Below, in pieces: positions 1-12,416 of a stretch of DNA of 64,000 nt (its first letter is position 1; each line of letters begins with the position of its first letter). Both the position numbers and the translations under genes were made by a program. Under the pieces are notes generated by a model that had not been told where the DNA came from, searched no databases, and worked only from the letters and a program-made list of their open reading frames with translations. Source of the stretch: Octopus vulgaris (lineage: Eukaryota); contig OX597817.1 of the NCBI GenBank assembly GCA_951406725.2, forward strand, positions 77,128,001-77,192,000. Direction: 5' to 3'.

Positions 1-672
1 TTAACGTAAACATTTGAATGATAATAGAATTGAATCGAACCTGTTTTAATAGGTCGCTCGACCATGTTAGAGAGGTGTCCCGTGTTGGCTCGTCATGTCT
101 GTGAAATACGGACAGGTACACACACTCACATATATATAAACACGCCGCTCGTTCTCCCACTTCAGAAAAAGACACACATACCGGTGGCAAGCCTTGGACT
201 AATGCAACTGCCGCTTGTGTTACTGAGCGTATGGGTGTGTTTGTGTGTGTCCCTCTCTCTCTCTCTCTGTCAATCTATCTACCTATTTGTGTCTGTATCT
301 TTGTTACCGTGTGTATATGTGTGTTTATATGTACACATGCATACACACATATGCAGATACACACACACACACATACACAAACGAATGTGCATCTATGTTA
401 TGGGATCGGCTGAATTTAGTGAAAGAAAAATTTAAGAGTATAAAGTCTTGTGTACACTCATCATTCAAACAGTTGTCCCACTGTTTCAAGAGACAAACTG
501 TTACTTCCTACTAAACACATGTTTGCAGGGAATTACAGAAAATTTGTGAGAATTAAATATATTTCATTCTGAGCTAACTGGCTGGGAATAACCACAAACT
601 AATGGCCAACAGCCATCTGACGGATAATTCCAACAGCAAGGTGATTTGTTTTTACTTTTGACCCTTTGCCTG

Positions 673-1209
673 CTTGTGTACCACAACTGAGGTACAGAAA
701 AGATTTCCTTGGAATCTTTACTTCACACATGATAAACATTCCCAGTTTTTATTTATTTATATCCCCCCACCCACCCACAACCATTGAATAACTTAGGGCT
801 TATGAAAGGAAATCGTTATATTACTCAGAATATAGGAAACAAGGTCTAACAAAATGTCTGAAAACCAGAATTTAGAGTAAACCTGTTTGTGTTTTTTTGT
901 TTTTTTTACCTTTTTATCAAGGGTATGCTTGATCTGTATGTTATCTAAATAGCATTAACCTGAAACTGGCCTACATTTAACTCAAATAAAGACTTGTAGA
1001 GCATAGATGTGTGATTAATCTTTTGGGTGCCTTGTGTATCACATGTAATACAAAGGACATTTCCCAGCTGACCACTCATCATATATGATAGACATTCCCA
1101 TTTTCTTTTCTCTTCAGCCATAGAATAACTTGAGACTTTTGAAAAGGGAAGCTCTATATTACTCAGAACGTAATATGAAACAAGGGTTAACTAAAAGTTT
1201 GAAAACAAG
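673..1209. repeat. Diverged local duplication, two ~190-bp copies (~673-868 and ~1031-1209)
   Basis: Shared ordered anchors CTTGTGTA, ATGATA(A/G)ACATTCCCA, GAATAACTT, TATATTACTCAGAA, GAAACAAGG, spaced ~340-360 bp apart. Confidence 0.75.
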
Positions 1210-1769
1210 CATGCATGTTTAGGATGATGATGATGATAATAATGATAATAATAATAGGGAATATAATTCCAAACTTAGAGAGAAAATTCAATTTGGCAAT
1301 TCTAAATCAAATTTCACAATATATAATATATGTATATAATTTAGAGAAAGCCTCTGTTAAACAATTCATTATTGAATTGTTTAATAGAAGTTTTTCCTCT
1401 AAATTATATATATATACGTATGTATGTAAGTATGTATGTATGTATGTATGATGTATGTATGTATGTGTGTATGTACTATGTATGTATATATATGTATGTA
1501 TGTATGTATATTATAAAGGCAGGGGAAGGAAATAGACATTGCTTAGTTTGTCTTTCACAGTTCTTGCTGTCAGTAAAAGAAGGGAATATGGTGCTTTGGA
1601 GTGTGAAAAGAGGTAAAGTAAATATACCATAATTAGTGCAGCTTCAGGCAAGCATCAAACACACTCAGGTGAGAAAAGGAATCAGGTAATCAAGGTAACG
1701 TTCCGACACCCACACACACGTGCACACACCCACACTTAAACTCACCCCCACCACCACCACCATACAGAC

Positions 1770-1802
<33 letters not shown>

Positions 1803-2075
1803 TATACTCACAAATATATTTGTAGGCAAGACACATGCACATCTGTAGTCAATAACTACTCAATGTATTTCAGCATACATATGCACATATGCTTAGATAA
1901 ACATACATACACATACACTTGTGTGTGTATGTATGTATATAATATATGCACATGTACAAGCTCATACAATTACGTAATAAAAAAAGGGAAGAGACATCAC
2001 GGAATCATACACATGCATCCTGTGTGTACACATGCAATCAGAACAGGATACACATAGACACTTCCTCCCACCTCT

Positions 2076-2109
<34 letters not shown>

Positions 2110-2172
2110 TTCACAACCATAGAAATACAGGGTGGGCTATGCAAGTAAACACATAGAAACACACGGTGACAC

Positions 2173-2226
<54 letters not shown>

Positions 2227-2238
2227 TACATTTACATA

Positions 2239-2299
<61 letters not shown>

Positions 2300-2651
2300 A
2301 CATCTGCAAACCTACATTTATATGACACCATATTCATGTGCCCACCTACGCCTGTATACTGTGGCATTTCCATACATTTGCGAGCATCTGTGTAACAACA
2401 TGAGCATCCATGACTAAACACACGAAACCCCATCCTACTTTTAATTGTATGTTTTCCTCTTTTCTATTCATTTAAATTTTGTAGCTCATTAAATAAGTCT
2501 TCTTTACATATATCAAACCTGAAAAACATTTATAAACATATACGTAGTTAAGTCTATATCAGGTCAAAGAGTGACCAGTGGTTTTGCATTCAAATGACCG
2601 TAATGAATTCCTGCCTCTTAGAGGTGAAGAGTTTACATTTGTTTTTGGCTT

Positions 2652-2715
2652 TAGGGTCTGACGAGTCATCCATGGAGCTAAGCCCTTTGTGGATGTGAAA
2701 CCATTGGTCACTCTA
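2652..2715 (+). ncRNA. Minimal type I hammerhead ribozyme motif, intact core
   Basis: Stem I TAGGGT/ACTCTA; core CTGACGA (2658-2664); stem II CATCCATGGAG/CTTTGTGGATG; GAAA (2697-2700); palindromic stem III CCATTGG; GTC triplet, predicted cut after 2709. Confidence 0.75.
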
Positions 2716-2980
2716 TGACCGGACATTGACTTAACTGCATATAAATATACTACTGCTCTATCTGTCTATGTATGTATGTATGTATCTATCTATTTTTTCT
2801 GGCTTTATATTCTCAGGTCAAATGCTGCTGAAGTTGATTTTTGATTTTGCCTTTTGTCTTTTCGGGGGTCCATAAAGTAAGAACCAACTGAATACTGGGG
2901 TCTAAGTAACTGACTTATCATTCCCAGGACATTGCTGGCTTTGTGCAACAATTTGAAACCATCATTATTATTATTTTCAA

Positions 2981-3596
2981 GGTGGTGAGAAGGCGGGATC
3001 GTTAGTATGCCAAGTAAAATACTTAATGGTATTTTGTTCACTTTTATGTTCTGAGTTCAAATTCCGGCGCGGTCTACTTTGCCTTTTATCCCTTTGGGGG
3101 TCAAGAAATAAGTACCAGTTGAGTCATCATCATCATTGTTCGACCGTGGTCAAGACAATGGAATTTACCATGCTACGCCAGACTTCACGGTCCATCATAG
3201 CATTACGGAGGTCCTGTTGCTGGATGCCTGTATCATCAGAATAGGAGAGTGTGCGCCGTCTGGTATTGCGAGTAGATGGCTTCCAGAGGAGAAGAGTAGA
3301 AATTGCTTCGTTGTCAGCTCTACAACAATGTCCAGCAAACTGGACTCTCCTACCTTTCACAAGAGATGACACAGGTGGTAGTTTCCCATATATTTGCATT
3401 TTGGTTGGATGGCGCTTCCACGAGAGATTTTGAGCTCTCATAAGGAGGCAAGTGTAGGTTCCATCCAACAGCCTCTCAAGCTTCTTTGATAATGTCCAGG
3501 TTTCTGAGCCATATAGTAGAATTGAGTACTGGGGTCGATGTAATCGCCTAGTCCCCTCCCGCAAAATTTCAGACCTTGTGCCTATAGGAGAAATTA

Positions 3597-3600
<4 letters not shown>
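2981..3600 (+). mobile_element. SINE family A copy interrupted by an RTE LINE fragment
   Basis: B-box-like GAGTTCAAATTCC and GCCTTTTATCCCTTTGGGGGTC core before 3124; SINE resumes ACTGGGGTCGATGTAATCG after 3527 and ends in an (ATT)n tail. Confidence 0.85.
3125..3521 (-). mobile_element. 5'-truncated RTE-type non-LTR retrotransposon (ORF C-terminus and (GAT)n tail)
   Basis: Translation ILLYGSETWTL...QFAGH...AMMDREVWRSMV matches the post-RT C-terminal region of RTE-type LINEs; stop codon runs directly into the (TGA)n tail; flanked by TTGAGT at 3119-3124 and 3522-3527 (TSD). Confidence 0.88.
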
Positions 3601-3645
<45 letters not shown>

Positions 3646-3858
3646 GTCGGTGAGCTGGCAGAATCATTTACGTGCTGGACAAAATGCTTAGTGGTATTTC
3701 GCCTGTTGCTAGGTTCTGAGTTCAAATTATACCGAGGTTGATAAATTAAGTACCAGTTATGCACTGGGGTGGATGTAATCGACTTAAACCCTCTCCCAAA
3801 ACTGAGGTCTTATGCTTCCAGTAGAAAGGATCATTATTATTATTATTATTATTATTAT
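3646..3858 (+). mobile_element. SINE family A (tRNA-like head, ATT tail)
   Basis: GGTGAGCTGGCAGAATC head, GAGTTCAAATT B-box-like, GATAAATTAAGTACCAG; lies between (ATT)n tracts. Confidence 0.85.
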
Positions 3859-4320
3859 AATTTAGTATTGTTTAATATTTTATGTTTGAATGTGCTTTGA
3901 AGATTTTAATAATAATCAATACAAATGGTTGATGGAAAAATGAAAACATTATTTGAAATGCAAAACACTATATTACTGTTCACCATTTAACACAATAATA
4001 CTCACACACATACACACCTATATTTACATATATAATTATATGTAAGTATGCAATATATGTGTATGTTATTTCAGACTAAAATATTGTTTTCAATGGAATA
4101 AATTATATTTATTTGTATTTTTCTATTGAAAAAAAAAAATTTATAATACTTAAAAACACATTACAGAGATTTGTGTCTGTGTCTATGTGTAATTTGAGAT
4201 GATGATGATTATTATAAAGGAGTAGATAGCTAGCTAGTTAGATAGATAGACTGATAGATAGACAGACAGACAGATAGATAGTTAGACAGACAGATAGTAG
4301 ATGGATATATAGACAGACTG

Positions 4321-4351
<31 letters not shown>

Positions 4352-4356
4352 TATAC

Positions 4357-4563
4357 ACCGGAGTAAGCACATAAATGTGAAGCAAGATGGAAAAAAGTGT
4401 ACTCAAATACCAGAGGTAGAGTAATATGCTTTATTTCAAAGCAGCAGAAATATAACAAAAGCTGTTACTCAGAGTCTCACGTTCCTGTTCGTCGGACAGG
4501 AACAGGAACGTGAAACTTTGAGTAATAGTTTTTGTTATATTTCTGCTTTTAAATAAAGTATAT
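4357..4563 (-). mobile_element. Short HHR-bearing element (Penelope pLTR-like) with inverted duplication
   Basis: Between (TA)n tracts; minus strand 4462-4499 reads CTGT-CCGACGA-ACAGGAACGT-GAGA-CTCTGAG-TA-ACAG; arms 4424-4490 and 4500-4563 are near reverse complements; homologs at 4876-5000 and 18744-18900. Confidence 0.7.
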
Positions 4564-4585
4564 ATATATATATATATATATATGT

Positions 4586-4873
4586 GTGGCCGTCTGCCAG
4601 CCTCGTCTGGCACCTGTGTCGGTGGCACATAAAAAACACCATCCGAGCATGGCCGTTCGCCAGCCTCGTCTGGCACCTGTGTTGGTGGCACATAAAATCA
4701 CCCACTACACTCTCGGAGTGGTTGGCGTTAGGAAGGGCATCCAGCTGTAGAAACACTGCCAGATCTGACTGGCCTGGTGCAGCCTTCGGGCTCCCCAGAC
4801 CCCAGTTGAACCGTCCAACCCATGCTAGCATGGAAAGCGGACGTTAAATGATGATGATGATGATGATGATGAT
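4586..4873 (+). mobile_element. SINE-like family C (GC-rich internal ~55-60 bp tandem units, (GAT)n tail)
   Basis: GGTGGCAC(A/G)TAAAA units, GGAGTGGTTGGCGTTAGGAAGGGCATCCAGC, end GCATGGAAAGCGGACGTTAAATGATGAT; near-identical to 51900-52081. Confidence 0.88.
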
Positions 4874-4875
4874 AT

Positions 4876-5000
4876 AGCAAAAACTGTCCGACAACTCAGA
4901 GTAACAGGTTTTGTTGAAATTTTTGTTGCTTTGAAATAAAGCATATTACTCTACCCCTGGTATTTGAGTACTCTTTTTTTCCACCTTGTTTCACATTTAT
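4876..5000 (+). mobile_element. Second copy of the 4357 element with an internal deletion through the HHR core
   Basis: AAAAACTGTCCGAC[gap]AACTCAGAGTAACAGG...AATAAAGCATATTACTCTACC, reverse complement of ~4370-4499. Confidence 0.7.
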
Positions 5001-5021
5001 GTATATATATATATATATATG

Positions 5022-5117
<96 letters not shown>

Positions 5118-5685
5118 TACATATATAAACAGACAGATACACTGGTTGATGGATAGGTAGCCAAATTGATAGAGATAGATAGATAGAGAGAGAGAGAGAG
5201 GCAGACAGACAGACAGACAGAGACAGAGAGAGTGTGTCTGGAGATCCAGAAACTGCTTCCTGCAACTGCTTCCTCTTGCACCAAATCCTCTCTCTTCACA
5301 ACATGCCAGGCTTCTAATGATTAACTTTTCTTGCAGATTTTAAAGCATCGGTTCGAAGGCATTGCATAAAGACAGCACTAATGGTGACAGAGATGATGAT
5401 GATGATGATGATGCTGATGAAAGGGTCAGTCACAATACTAGTGATGATGATGGCAACAGTCATGGTGGTGTTCCGGATGATGTTGATGGTGATGACCATG
5501 TACTACTATTGAAACTACTAGTAACGTTATACTCATTAAGAACAGACTAGAAAGGTAACTATGATTAAAACACACATGTGCACATACACATATATATATA
5601 ACAGTGTATACATTTCCAGATATACAGATATACACTCACATATATTTCCATATATACATACTTACATATATATATATATATATGT

Positions 5686-6099
5686 TCTTTTATTCTTTTA
5701 CTTGTTTCAGTCATCAGACTGTGTCCATGCTGAAGGGTTTTAGTTGGAGAAATTGACCCCAGGACTTACATTTTTTTAAAGCGTAGTACAAATTCTATCA
5801 GTCACTTTTGCTGAACCACTAAGTCACTAGGGAATAAACAAACCAACATCAGCAGTTATGGGAGAACAAACACAGAAAGAAAGACACACACATATAGGTA
5901 AATAAATATATATATACTTATAACTATATATATATACAATAGGCTTCATTCAGTTTCCATCTACCAAATCCACTCACAAGACTTTGGTTGGCCTGAGGCT
6001 ACAGTAGAAGACACTTGCCCAAAGTGCCACATAGTGGGACTGAACCTAGAACCATGTGGTTTGCAAGCAAGCATCTCACCACACAGCCATGCCTGCACC
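5686..6099 (-). mobile_element. SINE family B (tRNA-like head, CORE-like segment, internal microsatellite)
   Basis: Minus head GGTGCAGGCATGGCTGTGTGGT...GGTTCAGTCCC, CORE-like TGGGCAAGTGTCTTC, tail GACTGAAACAAGTAAAAGAATAAAAG. Confidence 0.85.
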
Positions 6100-6102
6100 T
6101 AT

Positions 6103-6411
6103 CCGTGCCGGTGGCACGTAAAAAGCACCATCCGATCGTGGCCGTTGCCAGCCTTGCCTGGCCCCAGTGCTGGTGGCATGTAAAAAGCACCATCTGATCG
6201 TGGCCGTTTGTCAGCCCCGTCTGGCACCTGTGTCGGTGGCACGTAAAAAGCACCCACTACACTCACGGAGTGGTTGGCGTTAGGAACATTGCATTGCCAG
6301 ATCAGACTGGGCCTGGTGCAGCCTTCTGGCTTCCCAGACCCCGGTTGAACCATCCAACCCATGCTAGCATGGAAAGCGGATGCTAAATGATGATGATGAT
6401 GATGATGATGA
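6103..6411 (+). mobile_element. SINE-like family C with three internal units
   Basis: Three GGTGGCA(C/T)GTAAAAAGCACC units, family C 3' end, (GAT)n tail. Confidence 0.85.
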
Positions 6412-6879
6412 TATATATATATATAGTGTATAAAGCGTGGGTGTTTTTGTGAAAGAGATAATATTCATAAGCACTCAAAATGGATACAAACGCATACATG
6501 CATTTATCTATACAAAGCCATGCTGATGCATACATACATTCACGTATACATATGCACATAGATATTCAAGAACACCCACACACACACGCACACATAGAGA
6601 AATACATTCATATATAACTATGTACATAAAGAGAGACTTCCTTAGCACAAGCACACATCAACGTAAGTTTGGATTCAAACATACATACACACATTCAAGC
6701 AGATGCACATATACACTTTCAATACATCATCACCATCAATGAATATCCATGATCCATGCTCTCTCTTGCTCTTTCTTTCACACACACACACACACACACA
6801 CAATTTGTCTCATATATCTGTCATATGTTTTTATTAATATAAAACTTGTCAAAAACTGCCTTACTAAATATCCACTCTG

Positions 6880-7040
6880 TATACATACATGTATATATAC
6901 ATACATATATATATATATGTGTGTATATATATATATACATATATATACACATATATATATACACACATATATATACACATATATATACACACATATATAT
7001 ACACATATATATACACACACATATATATACACATATATAT

Positions 7041-7076
<36 letters not shown>

Positions 7077-7142
7077 ACATATATATATATACATACATAT
7101 ATATATATATGTATATATACATACATATATATATATATATAC

Positions 7143-7189
<47 letters not shown>

Positions 7190-7203
7190 CACACAATATA
7201 TAT

Positions 7204-7234
<31 letters not shown>

Positions 7235-7261
7235 ACATATATATATATATATACACACATA

Positions 7262-7317
<56 letters not shown>

Positions 7318-7330
7318 TATATATATGTTG
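6880..7330. repeat. Compound (TA)n/(CA)n microsatellite; similar tracts at ~29940-30300, 30620-30940, 31450-31780, 39230-39560, 49890-50215, 52860-53280, 57040-57430, 58150-58500
   Basis: Directly visible; source of the YI/TH-repeat ORFs. Confidence 0.97.
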
Positions 7331-7889
7331 TATGTATATATAAATACATGGACAAAAGTTTAAGAATAGAATTGAAAAATAAAGAACAAACAAAACACAG
7401 AAACACAACACTACATGTGTAAAAAAAAAACTCTACAAAAATAAAAAAATAAAAAAGTAGAGAAAGGTAGAGACAAAAAAAGAAAAAAAATGATTAAAAA
7501 GAGTGTCAGAAAATGCGTAAACACATTGAGGGTTTCTTGATTGGTTGGCGTGTAATAGCAGACAGTTGAGGAAAAAAAGATCAATACAACTGCCACAGAC
7601 ACTTACATATGCACAAATGTGCACATGGTTACACATTTGCACATACACATAGATGAAGAGAGAGAGAGAGAGAAAGAGAGAGCAACAGTGTTGCCATAGA
7701 GATAACAGATGTCTGCAAGTGAAACACACACATATACATGTATATACATGTATGTGAGTGCGTGTGTGTGTGTATGTTTGTGTGCATGTATGTGTGTACA
7801 TATATATATGTATATGCATGTATGTATCCATTTGTCTATATACATAATATATATATATAGATCCATGCATATCTATATCTATCTATCCA

Positions 7890-7935
<46 letters not shown>

Positions 7936-8873
7936 CATTTATATACATGTGTATGTATATGTATATATATATATACATACATATATATAGATAAAGATAG
8001 ACACAGAGAGAGAGAGAGAGAGAGAGAGAGGTACACAAACACTCATCTATATATGGATATTTATATAAATAAACACATGTAGATGTAAATATATATTTAT
8101 ATTTGTACAGATATAAACAACATCCTATAAATAATATATATGTGTAGATAAAAACATATTTATATAAAAATGATATAATATATATATATATATACATACA
8201 AATATATAAGAATGAAAAAGGAACACAATAAGTAAATAAATAAATAAATGACTACAACAACAACAACAACAACAACAATAGAAAATTATGGCAAATTTCT
8301 TTTTTCAGAAATAAACTGATCCTATCCAGTTAACTGGACTGACTGGAAATGGGCGGGGGTGGGTGGAGAGTCTATCATCGTTATCTTCGCTTTTTATTGC
8401 TTTACCGAATCATATGTAGACAAGAGACAGGATGTCAGACGTGCATATACATAAATACAATGAAGCATACAAACAAATACACGCACATATACATACATAC
8501 GTACATACATATATATATCTATATATATAAATATATATATATATATTCTCTAAAAGTGTATATGTATCTAGTGTTGGTGTTTCAACGATGTTTATTCCAG
8601 TTGTTCAATCAATAGAAAAAACACACTTATTGAATTACAGTGGCAGATTGTTGTGTATTCCATAGTCCAGGGCTTGGAAACAAGTGGGCTTTGGCATTGT
8701 CTGTGCGTTTTGGACATTTTAAAACAAAGATTCTTCAAATTGAATGCTTATGTGGGCCATTGAGCAATCGATGGCTTTTAGTCTTATTTCGCAATTCATT
8801 TTAAGTTTTACATACATAAGCATATATTTATATGTGTAAATATATATATGTATATATATATATATATTATATA

Positions 8874-9066
8874 GGCACCGGCATGGCTGTGTGGTAAGAA
8901 GCTTGCTTCCCAACCACATAGTTCCAGGTTCAGTCCTACTGTGTGACACCTTGGGCAACTGCCTTCTGCTATAGCCTTGGGTCGACCAAAGCCTTGTGAG
9001 TGGATTTGGTAGGTGGAGACTCAAAGAAGCCCATCGTATGTGTGAATATGTGTGTGTGTGTGTGTA

Positions 9067-9097
<31 letters not shown>

Positions 9098-9308
9098 ATG
9101 GGTGTGTGTGTGTCTGTGTTTGTCCTCTGGCCATTGCTTAACAACTGATGCTGGTGTGTTTATGCTCCAATAACTTAGGAGTTCAGCCAAAGAGACCAAT
9201 AGAATAAGTACTAGGATCGATTTCTTTGATTTAAAAAAAAAAAACCCATTCAGGGGGTACTCTGGCATGGCCACAGTCAAATGACTGAAACAAGTAAAAG
9301 AATAAAAG
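8874..9308 (+). mobile_element. SINE family B, near full length
   Basis: GCATGGCTGTGTGGTAAGAAG head, GGTTCAGTCC, GACACCTTGGGCAACTG CORE-like, internal (TG)n, tail GACTGAAACAAGTAAAAGAATAAAAG. Confidence 0.88.
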
Positions 9309-10468
9309 TATACACACACACACACAATCATCATCAACATAATCATCTAATGTCTATTTTTCTATGCTTGTGAGGGTCAGATGGATCTTGCTGAGGCCAA
9401 TTTTTTTTATGGATAAATGCCCTTCATGTTCCCAGCCCTCATCTGTTTTCTGGAAGGGTCTCCAGCCATTTATTTTCTGCGAATTGTGTGATACTTGATG
9501 ATACTGTAAATATTTTTTGCATATATTACTGGGAAAGTCACCTTTGCTAAATATGCAAACCTAAAAAAATACATTGTTTAATAACCTTCATTTCTTTACA
9601 TTTTGAGTTCAAATCCTATGGAAGTTAGCTTTTCCCTTTCCTCCCTTCACAGTGATGCTGGAGGCAGGTGGGTGAGAACTGACAAAGTAAGCACAAGGCA
9701 ATTATTCTAAGTAAATTCAATCTACTATATACCTTCCTTACAAGATTTTTGTAGCTTTCTGCCAAAATTGGAAATCTTATTGATATTTTATCTTGGCATA
9801 AGGCCACAAAATTCGGGGTAAAGCTCATTCAATTAGACCAACCACAATATCTAACTGTTTCTTTTTTCGTTTTCCATTGATATCCCAGAAGATTAAAAGT
9901 TAAAGGCTTCCCAGTCCTTACAGACCTTGAACTTAAAGCATAAAGGGACATAATCCACTACAAGGCAGTTTGCTGCAATTGTTCTGCTAATGGCTTCAGG
10001 CTAGAAGTCTGAAATATTAGTTAAGACTATCAAGAGTTTTGTAGAGTGGCAGAAACAGAAGCGAATAAGACCAAATGGCTACAGGGATCTAATCTGGTCA
10101 GACTCTCCTAATGCTCCTGATTTTAATTCCCCACCGAGGTTGGTTTAATCTTTCAAGGGTGTATAAGATATATTACAGACCTAATATTTGTATATACACA
10201 CACATATATATATACATACATATTTCATTTTATATCGAAGAGCTGCAACATATATGCTTTTAAGATTATACAGAAGAAGAAAATGTGTGTGTATGTATAT
10301 TATACACTGATGTAAGGATAGGTCGTTTATAAAGCTTGAAACACGTGTACCGCAACATCCTTTGTGTTCTGTTTTTGATTTCATTTGATACATATACCCT
10401 CTCACCACTGCCACTAGCTGGCGTATACAGGTGCTTATACTTATCAAGTGTTCACTCTAAATTTATTA

Positions 10469-10517
<49 letters not shown>

Positions 10518-10714
10518 CAGACAAGAAGGTAATATTTCGAATGCTGTATAGCCATGAAAAAGCAGAAAGATTGGATATTTTACCCTTATAAGATGAAAAA
10601 AACTTGTCAACAGACAGCCATGGGACTTGAACCTGAATCCTCGGACACTTGCTGAGTATTTAACAATTAAGCTAAATTGCCCAGATATATGTGTGTATAC
10701 ATATATCGTGCATC

Positions 10715-11163
10715 TTTTACTTGTTTCAGTCATTAGACTGTGGCCATGCTGGGACACCACCTCGAGGAATTTTTATTCAGTAATTCTTTTTATATAAACC
10801 CTGGTACTATTTTATCGATTTCTTATGCTGAACTTCTAAGTTACAGAGACATAAACACATTAACACTGGTTGCCATGAGGTGGTAGGGGACAAACACAGA
10901 CCCATAGATGCACACACACACACACACATATATATTGATAGATAGATTAGACAGATAGATAAATATATAGATAGAGAGAGAGAGAGAGAGAGAGAAAGAG
11001 ATATAAATATACAGACGAAAGCCCATCATATATTTCCTTATCATCATCATCAATGTTAATGATGATGATGAAATATGTGATGGGCTTCCGTCTACCTGAT
11101 CCTCTTACAGTGAAACTGAACCCAAAACTATGAGGTTAAGAAGCAAACTTCTAACCACAAAGC

Positions 11164-11166
<3 letters not shown>
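10715..11166 (-). mobile_element. SINE family B, degraded
   Basis: CTTTTACTTGTTTCAGTCATT tail and AAGCAAACTTCTAACCACAAAGCCAT head remnant. Confidence 0.75.
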
Positions 11167-11209
<43 letters not shown>

Positions 11210-12277
11210 ATAGAAAAAGGTGCATTGGTTGATTAATGCAGTTCTGAATATTCCTAAACAGACAGAACAGAGGACATGGTTGGAATGTCTTTAATCATAA
11301 GTCAGTTCAATCAGGATTGATCTGAGACTCAACAACAACAACAAGCATCATTGATAAGAGAAACAAGATTAATTGATCATTCAACCACTCGACAGCTTGA
11401 TTCCTCTTTGGGATTAGCAGCATTTCTTCTTTTATTCTATTTTATTGTTTTTTTTTGCAATTTGTTTTTCCTCTTCCCCCCCCGCTTCCCTTTTCATTTT
11501 ACCTTTGATTGCCAATGCCATCTTTCTTTCGGTATTCATTCATTTTTTTTTTTGTTTTTGTGTTTTTCGGTTAGTTTATTAAGTTTCTTCCTTCTTCTTC
11601 TTCTTCTCCTCCTCCTCTTTCTACTCTCTTGCTACCTTGCTCTGTTACCATGGAGATACAGTGAGGTACTAATGCTGCTCTATGACAACATGTTTGACTG
11701 ATTAGTTTCACAAAGCAACAACAAGCCTGTTATTGACAATAGAAACACCACAGAAAGTTGCTGCTTGCGATTGTTAAATGTTGCTGTCATTACACCACTA
11801 ATATATTCCATCACCATCACCATCACCATCATCGTCATTATTGTTTTAGTGTCCACTTTTCCATAGTCACACAGGTCGGATGTAATTTTGTTCAGACGGA
11901 TTTTCTATGGCTGGATACACTTCCTGTTGCCAACCCTCACCTGTGTGGCTTATGGGCAGTACAGGTGTGGTTGTGTGGTTGAGAAGCTTGCTCCTCCCCA
12001 GCCGTGCAGACTTACGTTCATTCCCAATGTGCAGCCCCTGGGGCAAGTGGCTGCAACTACAGACTCAGGCCAACCAGAGCCTTATCAGTGGATTTGATGG
12101 ACCAAACCTGTCAAGTTGTATACTGTGAGTGTGAGTTTGCTCTGTAGAAATAGTCCCCTGGTTTAACTAAGGGATCATATGTAATAGTGTGCATACAAAC
12201 ACACATATAAGCATATACAAAGATACACATACACACACACATGAATAAATAAATATATATATATACACACATACATA

Positions 12278-12333
<56 letters not shown>

Positions 12334-12377
12334 TATATATATAAATAAATAAATATAAATATATATGAATATATGAA

Positions 12378-12416
<39 letters not shown>

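Noticed and set aside
6749-7422. Long YI/TH/CV-repeat ORFs here and at ~30-32 kb, 49.7-50.3 kb and 57-58.7 kb
   Set aside because: Dinucleotide microsatellites lack stop codons and are open in many frames on both strands
8754-8777. 10-bp hairpin with a GCAA tetraloop
   Set aside because: An isolated short stem of this kind is expected by chance in 64 kb
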